Assembly: GCA_949358305.1 (NCBI GenBank)
Contig: OX442314.1
Span: 1,736,001-1,800,000, forward strand
Direction of reading: 5' to 3'
Source: Strigamia acuminata
Lineage: Eukaryota
DNA: 64,000 nt
The notes beneath the pieces were generated by a model. It made no database searches. It saw nothing but the letters and a program-made list of their open reading frames with translations, and had not been told where the DNA came from. Shown piece by piece: positions 37,801 through 48,298 of the stretch (position 1 is its first letter; each line of letters starts with the position of its first letter). A program made the position numbers and the translations under genes.

Positions 37801-38894
37801 ATGTAAGCAATTCCGATAGCATTCTCTGTATTCATCTTCGTTAGAGCATGAACTGATCGGTGAATTTTGCAATATGAACTACAATTGAATAAATTAAAAG
37901 GTGTTGCCCAGGAATTTCAAGTCCTTAGATAAAACTTTACTTTGTTACAACTAAAATTTATTGTAGATGTTGAACCAGGATTCATCTCTGATACAGGAAA
38001 GTAATTTCCAACGTTTTTGAATGCCAGCAAAACCTAAGGGCAAAGAGGAAAAAATTAATGTAGCAATTGCTATTGTAATTTATAATCAAGTTACCCCATA
38101 ATAAGGCTTATTGCATATCAAGTCGTAATTTTTTTTTAAATTCACTGTCAGTAACTTTCTGACAAATGATTTGCTAGAAGCTTCAGCTATGTCAATGAAT
38201 AATATTAGTGTAACAATGTAGGTATTGATAAATGCTTGTTTGTAGTTACCAAATCGAAATGTTGAACATATTCCGAATGTACTGTCAGTTTCCGTCTGAA
38301 CAATAGAAGTATTTGAATATCCCTATGCAAATATATTTTAAATTGTGATTTTTAACTGAATTTCTCTACTGTTTTTTTTTTAATTTTAATTTTTACTTTC
38401 ATTTTTACACTGTCGATGTCATCAGTATTGTTAGTTGCTTTCCAAAGTGTATCCATATCGTAAGTTGGGTTTTTAATACTCATTAGTGCATAAAGCATGG
38501 ATTGGCATGTAATGGATACTGATGTTTTTTTATTTGCTATACGAGTTTCTTCCCAAAGCCTATTCATTTTCTTTGTATCTGAACTACAAACCATTAAGTC
38601 TGGTAAAGTAACATTTTCTGATCTACTGGTTACGTCGACAGCTGTAGGATAACTGAAGTAATGCATTATTCTTTCGTATGTCTGATATGTGAGCATGCAC
38701 ATGCAAAATGTGAATAAAAGCAGCCAAAGGATGTGATGTTTGCTCCTCCAACGTTTCCTACTGTTTATGAAATCTTCCAATCCGATTACATCGCAGTTGG
38801 GTTTGTTGGCATAATCCTTCATTAATTGGTGAATTGTCAGACGGAGTTGTCTTTTCCCTCTTCTGTATCTCCACATCAAACTATTATTCTGCAT
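34836..38894 (-). CDS. Tandem double-domain DEG/ENaC channel, gene B, ~795 aa
   Basis: Exons 38894-38397, 38322-38250, 38186-38095, 38033-37941, 37878-37775, 37700-36908, 36846-36789, 36615-36530, 35780-35676, 35618-35509, 35211-34836; 2388 nt, no stops. TM1 RIMHYFSYP / RINYYLDEP; LPDLMVC / FPSVTVC; FGIC / FGNC; TM2 LLSDLGGNLGLFIGLS / FLSDFGSIVGLGLGMS. Confidence 0.9.
36040..36462. mobile_element. hAT-type MITE in intron 8 of gene B
   Basis: TIR CAGGGGTCAGCAA / TTGCAGACCGCTG; perfect 8-bp TSD ATTTAACA. Confidence 0.85.
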
Positions 38895-39065
38895 TATTTT
38901 GGTACTTTCCAAGCTTCTAGAGTGACTGAATGAGTTTGATCTAACTGTTTGTTTGCTTGAGCAAACATGCAGAGGGATGGCGAAACTGAAAAACGAAACA
39001 TCATTATTTTTTTAACATTGATTGTTATGCATGTCTTCGGAAAGAATATGGATTAATTCACTACC

Positions 39066-39665
39066 AAATTTTGTCAAATTTTTCAAAAATTTGACAAAAT
39101 TTTTCAAAAATTTGACAAAATTTTTCAAAAATTTGACAAAATTTTTCAAAAATTTGACAAAATTTTTCAAAAATTTGACAAAATTTTTCAAAAATTTGAC
39201 AAAATTTTTCAAAAATTTGACAAAATTTTTCAAAAATTTGACAAAATTTTTCAAAAATTTGACAAAATTTTTCAAAAATTTGACAAAATTTTTCAAAAAT
39301 TTGACAAAATTTTTCAAAAATTTGACAAAATTTTTCAAAAATTTGACAAAATTTTTCAAAAATTTGACAAAATTTTTCAAAAATTTGACAAAATTTTTCA
39401 AAAATTTGACAAAATTTTTCAAAAATTTGACAAAATTTTTCAAAAATTTGACAAAATTTTTCAAAAATTTGACAAAATTTTTCAAAAATTTGACAAAATT
39501 TTTCAAAAATTTGACAAAATTTTTCAAAAATTTGACAAAATTTTTCAAAAATTTGACAAAATTTTTCAAAAATTTGACAAAATTTTTCAAAAATTTGACA
39601 AAATTTTTCAAAAATTTGACAAAATTTTTCAAAAATTTGACAAAATTTTTCAAAAATTTTTGTCA
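39066..39665. repeat. 21-bp tandem satellite (GACAAAATTTTTCAAAAATTT), ~28 copies
   Basis: Essentially perfect array, ~170 bp upstream of the gene B ATG. Confidence 0.97.
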
Positions 39666-40616
39666 TAAATTATCAGAAATAACCCTTTGTTCCTTTGATT
39701 TTGTATTTGGAGACGTCAAAAGAAACAATACTGTACAATTGTTCTCGGCCCAAACAGACATGGTTTATTTTTGCGAGACCAGAAAATTGATCAATCAGTA
39801 AATACAACTACTGTCGTTTTTCAACACAAATACGATAAAAACGACTTAAGAAAATTCAAACTAAGCACTGTTGCAGTTTAGTGAAAAGCTAAACATGTAG
39901 TACAGTACAAATTATTCCTCAAGAAGATTGGCAAATTATAAAAGGTACTCACACTTTAGTGCCTGTTCATTTGCAAGGACTGCATATTTCATACCAACAC
40001 ATTTCTGGTTTCTTTCTTCTGTGAATTTTACCTGCACGACCCTGGCACTACGGCATCCTGTAGAAATTGCGTGGGGTTGCTTTACGGCTAGCTTCTCTGC
40101 TTAGACCCCATTCGATCTGATTGCGATATTGGCGAAAAGATCTCGGATTTTGGGCTGATGACTTGAGCTGCAGTCTATCAAATTCTAAACTTGTTTGCTC
40201 CTAACACGGTAGAGTTTTGTATGCTACTATAGCTTGGTGAATTTTATGATGTTTTTTATTTGCCCTTAAAAAGGACATTAATCATTCATGAATTATATTT
40301 CCGGTGTTTTAATAATCAATACTTTCGAGTTTTGCAAAAGAAATATTAATAATATTTTGCAAAGAAATAAAGATTACATCTTCCATGCAATTGACGCAAA
40401 TGCCAGGGGCGAGTGAGCAATATTTGTTTTATTTCGACAGTGTGTGCACTGTCGAAATTCAAGCAGTTGCGCAGGTTGTACTTTGACATGCGCCACGACT
40501 CGGACGGGGAAATGGCGGAGGAAAATGACTCGTTCGATCGATTGTCTGAAATTAAACAGTTTTGATGCAGAATTCAATTTTTATCATTTAGTATTTTCAA
40601 CAATAGAAGTATATAA

Positions 40617-43454
40617 TGTGTTCCTTGGTTTGATATTGTTGATTACAAAGTGGGTTATTACGGAGTCGTGAATAAAGCAGCCATCTTGGTTAGTAGAATT
40701 AACATAAGACATTTATTTGCATGTTTTTACACAGGTGGCGCTGACAGTTGACCAGCGTCACAAATTGACATATTGAAAGATGGAGTGCGGACACTCCAGT
40801 ACCCCTTTAATTGGGATCCAAAAGGGAGCAATTTTACAAAATGAAATTTTAAAACATTGAATTTAAATGTAAATAAGGAATAAAATAACATACAATTACA
40901 AAGTTGAATTGGCTCATTAATTTGATGGGAAACCATAAAATTCCGTCGGTTTCTTGTTGCGAACAGGTCGGGGACTGCTTACGGAATTCAGAGGCGGTCC
41001 AGGCGGTGACACAGGAGCAACAGGCGGCTGAGAAGGCAGCGGTGGTGTTGACGGTTTTGCAGGTGAGGTTGCAGTCCGAGTTGCGGTTACAGGTTGAGCA
41101 AGTGTCGGGGAAGCAATTGCACTCTGAGGGCTCACAAACGGACCAATGTGCCAATCATCCCCCTTAATTGGAAGTGGCGTTCCAATTGATAAGTCGTGTT
41201 GCAGTTGGTCGGTGTGTCGTGACCAAATGACGGCGGAAGTCTTGCGCAACGAACGAAATGAAACCAAGAATTGGTCCACGGAATCTGCCAAAGAGAGTTG
41301 AAATTTGGTTAATTTCTCCATTTCGTCATGGAAAAAGTTGCGGTGCTGCAACAATAACGTGTGGAACGGGTCGAGCGCGTCAGTGCTTGCCAAGCAGTCT
41401 GTGGAAGCCAGCGCCGTCGCTGCAGCAGCAACAATCACGTTTGGAGTAGACTCGTTCGGCGGGGAAGCTTCTACATCCAGTCTAGGGACGGTGAATTTAG
41501 CAGTCGTGTTTGTTGGAGGTTGAGTGCGCTTTCGAGCAGCGCGTCTGCGTGCAGACTTTGAAGTGGTCAATGCAGTCGAATTCACAACAGCACCCATCGA
41601 AATACCAGCTGGGGACAACAAATTGAAGGTGTCCAACCAATTTCGACCCATGACTGGCACTGACCCAGTCGCAGCAACACAGAGCGGTAGGACGTATTTG
41701 CGGCGATCGTGCTGCACCGGCACATGGCAAACCCCGTCCATCGGGAGGACGTGTCCGTCGTAAGTGGACATCTGCGAATCGAGCGGCTGCAACTGAAATC
41801 AAGAAAAATTACGATTATACATCTCGCGACTGATGGTTGTCGCTTCAGCGCCCGTGTCGATCTGCATGAGCAGCAATGTGTCCGCTACTCGCATTTCCCG
41901 AACCAACGGTTTGGTCGGTTTGATGCTGATCGAATTTATCGCTTTTCCAGCCTGTCGAGGTGTTGTTCGTATCCAGGGCCGTTCCTAGTAAATATCTGTG
42001 GTGAGGCGAGCATTAAAAATGCCGCCCACCTCCCCCCCCCCAAAAAAAAAAAAACCTATTTCTGAATATGTCCGAAAATATTTTTAAGAAAAAAAAAAAA
42101 TTATTTATTTTTTTTTTTTTGGTTGAAATTGCCGCCCCTGTCAGTGTGCCGCCTGAGGCGGCCGCCTCTTTGCCTCATAGGTCGAAACGGCCCTGTTCGT
42201 ATCGAGTAGAAGGTGAGCTTCCGAGGCGCAGCAATTACAGCATGGTGGTAAGCAGTTGTAGCGGTTGACATGCAGGCCGATTGTGTGTGCCCTACGAGGC
42301 CACAGCCCTGGCACTTGGTGTGACGATGTTCGCAATCGTCTCTGCGGTGTCCAGTCTGTCCGCACGATCTGCATTTTCCGTCGACATGACGTGGCTGGTG
42401 CCCAGTGCCGTTGCACAATTTGCACTTGGTGTTGTCGTGCTGTTGTAATGGCTGGTCTTGTTGTTGATCGGTGGTGCCCCTCGAGGAGCGTTTGCCACCT
42501 TCGTGCGAGTTCGCATTGGATCGTGAGAAGTTTCCGCTGTTCTGAAGTTGGTGCACCGACTGCTGGGTGTCGAGAAAACTGGAAACGTCCGCTCCGGCGA
42601 TCTCGGCGGAGGTGGCTGCCTCGAGAGCCAATGCAAAAGTAAGATCTTTTTGCGTATAGAGCGTCTCTTGGACGTGACGCATGTTAAGACCAATGACGAA
42701 CTGGTTCCGCATCTCGTCGTCTTGCGAATCACCAAAGTCGCAATATTTCGTCAGCGAGTGCAAAGCGGACGCAAAATCGCTCACCGACTCGCCCTTATTG
42801 CGTTTACGAGCACGAAAGCGCACGATTTCACCCTGCTTGACCGGCTTTGGCTTTTGATTTTTCACCATTAAGTCGGTTAGTTGCTTGAATGTCAACTCCG
42901 TCGGCTTTTTAGGTCGGGCCAGATCCACAAATTTGGCAAAAGTTGCCATTCCCACGCAGGCCAAAAGCGTATTTACTTTTTCTGCGTCCGCGACGATTTT
43001 GTTGCATGAGAAGACGCATTCCATCTGGAGGATGTAGGTTTCCCAATCGTCGAGCGGGTTGTATTTTTCCGGAGCCGCAACCAAAGGCATATTTGAACGA
43101 TGGAATTGATGAATTCAAGGCAAAACTTACAGGTGAAAATTCGGGCCTAACGGTCAACGCGTGGTCACGAGCGTACGGTCAGTGGCAAAAATCTCATCAA
43201 AACGACAAGAAAACACACAAAAGTTCAATAGTAGTTGATGGTTCGATTATACTCATCCCTCGTCGCCAATAATGTGTTCCTTGGTTTGATATTGTTGATT
43301 ACAAAGTGGGTTATTACAGAGTCGTGAATAAAGCAGCCATCTTGGTTAGTAGAATTAACATAAGACATTTATTTGCATGTTTTTACACAGGTGGCGCTGA
43401 CAGTTGACCAGCGTCACAAATTGACATATTGAAAGATGGAGTACGGACACTCCA
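40617..43454 (-). mobile_element. Ty3/Gypsy LTR element 1, Gag-protease only
   Basis: Near-identical ~182-bp LTRs 40617-40798 and 43273-43454; PBS TGGCGACGAG (tRNA-Ser GCT type); PPT AATTAAAGGGG. Gag 43090-42200 with CCHC knuckles; protease IDTGA ~41850; RT/RH absent; IN scraps (WSRHTDQL). TATAA on both flanks, but the TSD is not cleanly resolved. Confidence 0.92.
41974..42195. mobile_element. hAT-type MITE inserted in Gypsy element 1
   Basis: CAGGGCCGTT...AACGGCCCTG termini, perfect 8-bp TSD TTCGTATC; same family as 33803-33926. Confidence 0.92.
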
Positions 43455-44307
43455 CTATAAGAAAATTTTGCATTTATTCAACAGATGGAGCCACTGTGGC
43501 AAACCTGGTAGCACTCACAGCCACTGCGTGCCAACAAATGTGCCAGACTTTGCCCAATCTACGAAAACTACATCTTTCTGGGTGTGTAATCCAAGACGAC
43601 ACGATGACGTACATCGCCCGGATGCCACTCGTTGAGCTTGCCGTGGCCCTCGAAACCACCGAACATTTCGTGCGAAACTTTGCGCAGAAGACTCCATGCT
43701 CAGGAAAACGTAGCGAGTGCTCAAATGGTACGCCGAGGGCGTTTCGATGGACTGCTTCCGCTTGATATTGACCACGATGAAATCGATCGAAGACTTGGAC
43801 GTTTACGATTCGAGCTGGCTCAAAGCGCTCCTACCGATCGAGGCGCCACCGCAGCAATACAACATCACAAAATTGGTGTTCGAGGCTCCAGACGACGCCA
43901 TTGAGGATGAGATGGACATTGGCGTGCTCGCGTGTCCTAAAGTGAGCAGAATCGACATCAGTTGTAAAGTTTTTACACTCAAAATGCTGAACACGCTGAC
44001 GAAATTCAAGGAGCTGAGCACATTGCACGTTCACATGCCGTCGCACGTGGGCGCGACGTTCGAGATGGAATAAGTGAAATACGTCATGTCAACCATAGTT
44101 TATACGATGTTGTTTTTCTACTTGATTTATTGTTGTTCAACAGTTCCACATTCGTTTACCTGTTGGAAATTTAGAGAATCAAAATTTCACGCAGGAATAT
44201 CGTCAGCAAAAGTGCACAAACTGTTGTTTACATATTGTTTACATTTACCGTGCGGCAGAAACCCCCTCCCCCCCCTCCAGGCGTTACGTAATTGATGGAC
44301 GGCCCCT

Positions 44308-45087
44308 TACGAAGCTGGTCCGCGTGACGATTCCAAATAATAGCGTTGCCAAAGCTCACGTCGTATGTAGTGGACGACGTTTTGGCCGAAATTATTCTGG
44401 GCACCCAACGAGACGCATGTAATTATTCTCGTGCATAAACAAGTTCTCCTAGTTCAAAGGAACGATTCGTGTCGATGGCAGTTGGTTCCGACATCAAACG
44501 CAGATTGAGGAGGTGGAGACGAGTTCTCAGCGTGTGTTGCAGAAACGCCTCAGCTGACGAGACTCGAGTAGTGACATGTAGCATAGAACTATAAGCAATT
44601 AAAAATTGACTTACAGCATTCAAAAGGGTTAAATTTAAGTTAAAAATTTTCCATCTTGCGCCTTGAATGTCTTAACAAATCCCTCAACTGCTCCATTGGT
44701 GGCTGGATGGAATGGCGGCGAACGTGTGTGGCGAATTCCATTTCTAGCCATAAAGTCAGCAAACTCGGCAGACGTAAATTGAGCGCCATTGTCCGTATGG
44801 ATGTGGATTGGCAATCCATGTTGCTCAAACCAACATTTCAACACGTCAATTGTTGCTTTGGATGTCGTCGTTGACATTGCTCGAACTTCGCACCACTTGG
44901 TCCGAGCATCCACGGCCAAAAGGAATGATTTGTCGTGAAAGGGACCCGCAAAGTCGAGATGTTTGCAACCCCAAACCTTGTCTGGAATTGGCCAACGAAT
45001 GTCGGGCGTCTTGGGCGGGTCAGGAAGTGCGCGCCGGCATGCGTAGCACAAGCAAACCATCATTTCACCATTGCAGTTGATGGACAA
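44308..45087 (-). pseudogene. Decayed Gypsy integrase (rve core plus C-terminus)
   Basis: HLDFAGPF, VDARTKW, HGLP..IHTDNGAQF, PPFHPATNGAVE, LRTRL, WNRHADQL; frameshifts and stops. Confidence 0.9.
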
Positions 45088-45886
45088 TTCGTCGCTGGAG
45101 CGAGCGATTTGGTGGCATGCAATTACGTCATTGTCATTCCGTTATTGTTTTCGTGCTACTTGGACAGTGGATATTTCGGCCAATTATGTTATCTCATAAG
45201 CTAAACACGTACTAAACCTAAAGCGTTACTCCATGTAATCAAACAACTTACCCGAATATAGGTAACTATTTTTCTCCGTTGAATATTTTAGACAGATGAG
45301 ATTTCATGTTCTCAGGACCCAAAATGTTGCAATTAATATTCCAACATTCTGTGAATATGGGTCTTTACGTCATTACGTTTATATCAACACAGAAATAAAT
45401 AAATAATATTTGCCTAAATAAGATTGCAACCAAAGTAAATAAATTTCTCAATTCTTCAATTTCAAACATGATATTTATTTTGTTTGCTTTTCATTCCTAT
45501 TTTATGTAAACATTTGGCATTAATCACGGTTCAGATATAAAATTAAAAATATACTTATAAAATACATACCGGTATTAGGGATGAGAACGGGACCAATTTT
45601 GGGGTCCCGTCCCGTCCCGTGTCCCGAAGTATGTCCGTTTTCTAGTCCCGTCCCGTCCCGTGTCCCGAAATGTCCAAATTTTTTCAGTCCCGTCCCGTCC
45701 CGTTTCCCAAATGTTCAAATTTTTTCAGTCCCGTCCCGTCCCGTGTTCCGAATGTTTTAATTTTTCCTGTCCCGTCCCGTCCCGTGTCCCGAAATGTTCA
45801 TATTTTTCCCGTCCCGTCCCGTCCCGTGTTAACGTATTAACGTAATACGCAACGTAAACGTAATACGTTCATCATTAACCAGTATA

Positions 45887-47101
45887 CAGGGTGGAACAAA
45901 AGTCTGTTCCCCTCAAATATTTCCTCAGCAATTGCATCTAGGCCAACTTTGATGAAGCGATCGTATAGGAAGTTAGGTGAGAGCAATCCAATGATGTCAT
46001 CAAATTTGACCTTGACGGCCATTTTCAAGGATATTCACTTGCTAACTTCTAAACCAATCAGGTTAGAGCAAAAAAGTCAATTACAAAGTTGTAGAGCACC
46101 ATCAAATTAGTACTATCCAACTTATCTTAGTGATCTTAAGTTAAATGTTTTCCTTTTAAAAAGGAGACAAATCAGCTGAAATAAAGCTAGCCATTGTGAC
46201 AAAACTTAAATTTCTATCACAAAAATACTAAATTACTTAAATAAACGTATTCAAATGTGCATCATTATGCAAGTAAACAAGAAAAACCACTGCCTTTTTT
46301 AATGCCTCAATAATTATTTTATCACAAGATTAACCCTTGGCTACACGGATTTATGGACAAGCTTTTTCTTGAATAGAAAAATTTTTTTTCCTATAAATTT
46401 TTTCTGCTGAAAATTTGTGACTTTGTTTATCTGATAATAAAGTAAATCTCAGGTGAAATTTGTAATGATTCATCATTTATTTAAATATTCAACTTAGAAA
46501 TTTTCTGCCCCTTAAAACTCCAGCATAACTTTTAAGCTGGCTTTGCTGTATTTGTAAACAGCGCTTCAGTGAACAGCTTTTTGCATTTACCAGTAGTGAT
46601 TAAAACCACCTCCAGATGGCTCAAATCTATTTATTTTTATTGTTTAGGCATTACGTCCTCAATAAAATTAGTTCCGAACTAATAACAAACTAAATGGCGC
46701 TTTAACCAATCGACTTAAAAATTGTCCATAAATCCGTAATGGCTTAACCAGAACGGCACATTTTATCCTTATGCCTCCGAGGGTTAAAAAATTTCACTTT
46801 GCTAATTTTTTTGTGATTTGTCTCCTTTTTAAAAAGAAAACATTTAACTTAAGATGACTAAGATAAGTTGGATAGTACTAATTTGATGGTGCTCTACAAC
46901 TTTGTAATTGACCTTTTTGCTCTAACCTGATTCGTTTAGAAGTTAGCAAGTGAATAACCTTGAAAATAACCATCAAGGCCAAATTTGATGACATCATTGG
47001 ATTGCTCTCACCCCACTTCCTATACGATTGCTTCATCAAAGTTGGCCTAGATGCAATTGCTAAGGAAATATTTGAGGGGAACAGACTTTTGTTCCACCCT
47101 G
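45887..47101. mobile_element. TA-flanked element with ~290-bp TIRs (Tc1/mariner-like), nested in the hAT element
   Basis: CAGGGTGGAACAAAAGTCTGTTCCCC... at 45887-46174 is inverted at 46814-47101. Confidence 0.9.
46334..46783. mobile_element. piggyBac-type MITE (innermost nest)
   Basis: TTAA|CCCT...AGGG|TTAA; subterminal inverted repeat ACGGATTTATGGACAA. Confidence 0.7.
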
Positions 47102-48298
47102 TATAAATGACGTTGAGATATTATAAAATCAAACAACATACTATTTCGTTGCGCTGCAACATAGTCCCCCGTTTCAAATAATGTGTTGCGACTTGTGAGT
47201 CACGATCTTGCTATTGTTGTTGAAAAAATAAGTTGTAAAAAGGCTTATTTTAAATAAAATAAATTTCACCAAGTCCCGTTCCGTCCCGAATCCCGCATAC
47301 AGCAAAAATTACCAGTCCCGTCCCGTCCCGAATCCCGTGGAATTCAGTTACACCCAGTCCCGTCCCGTCCCGTGTCCCGTGGAATGCAGTTACACCCAGT
47401 CCCGTCCCGTCCCGTGTCCCGCGCAATACAGATTCATCCAGTCCCGTCCCGTCCCGAATCCCGCTGCGGGACGGGACCGGGACCGGGACCGGGACCAGTC
47501 CCGGTCCCGTTCTCATCCCTAACCGGTATGTACATAAAATATAAAAAAAAATCGACAGTATAATGTGCTGAATAATTGCCTTTATTCGATTTTATTATCT
47601 ATAAATTGCACATCCAGCGTTTGATACCTCACAAACTGATTGATCATACTGTGATGACCTCAAATATTCCTATTTGAGTGAGCACCATATTTCAGAATTG
47701 TCTCGAAAACAAGAACAAATATTATTCTATGTTCTGTTTCAATGTAAGTTGAAATAGAACATATACTGCCATAGTTAAATAAAAGACACAATATTACCTA
47801 AATAATATTGTGTTTTGCAGCAAGTTTTGGCCCAGCAACAGCGTCAACCAATCACGCTGCGGTGTGCATAGCTTTGATGATCTGCTAGGCGTGTGCCTGG
47901 GCGGAGCATCCCCTCCTCTCGCGCGTGCCTGGCTCAATTGTTGCACATGACCCGAAAGCGGCCGTGTGTGATCTTTACGCAACTCGTCATCTGCGCAGCT
48001 TTACTGAGCAGATTTTGGAGTGAGCCAAATGGTTTTGGCCCACTCTTCCCGCACTCTTGATTCCACTTCCAAACTGTTCACAACCGTGTCAAACTTCTGC
48101 TCAACTCTGCAAAGTGTGATCTGTGATTTATTGGAAGAATTGAGACTCACTGCTGGTCTGTACCAACCGTACAGAATAGCGCCTTTCTGCTTGATTCATT
48201 ACGTGTGATTTAAGCCATTTTCTGTGTGGAATTGACATTGAGCTTGCTCTGTCAATTTGAAGTGCTTTGTGTCGAGTTTACTCCACAAAGCGAACTAA

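Larger units (their letters stand above)
40441..44073 (+). pseudogene. LRR (F-box/LRR-like) pseudogene split by a Gypsy insertion in an intron
   Basis: LSKFKQLRRLYF (40441-40545); LPNLRKLHLSGCVI, MKSIEDLDV, CPKVSRIDIS, FKELSTLHV (43484-44073); frameshift and stop near 43700. Confidence 0.65.
45576..47521. mobile_element. hAT-type non-autonomous element with (GTCCC)n subterminal arrays
   Basis: TIR TAGGGATGAGAACGGGACC; perfect 8-bp TSD ACCGGTAT. Confidence 0.92.

Noticed and set aside
39012..39801. Three long ORFs of KNFVKFL / KFFKNLT / FEKFCQI repeats; CRISPR-like look
   Set aside because: Products of a stop-free 21-bp satellite; there are no unique spacers.
47250..47563. RDGTG / SRPVP repeat ORFs
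   Set aside because: Translation of transposon subterminal GTCCC repeats.
47790..48290. GC-richer coding-like stretch
   Set aside because: Stops in the frames examined and no recognisable motif.
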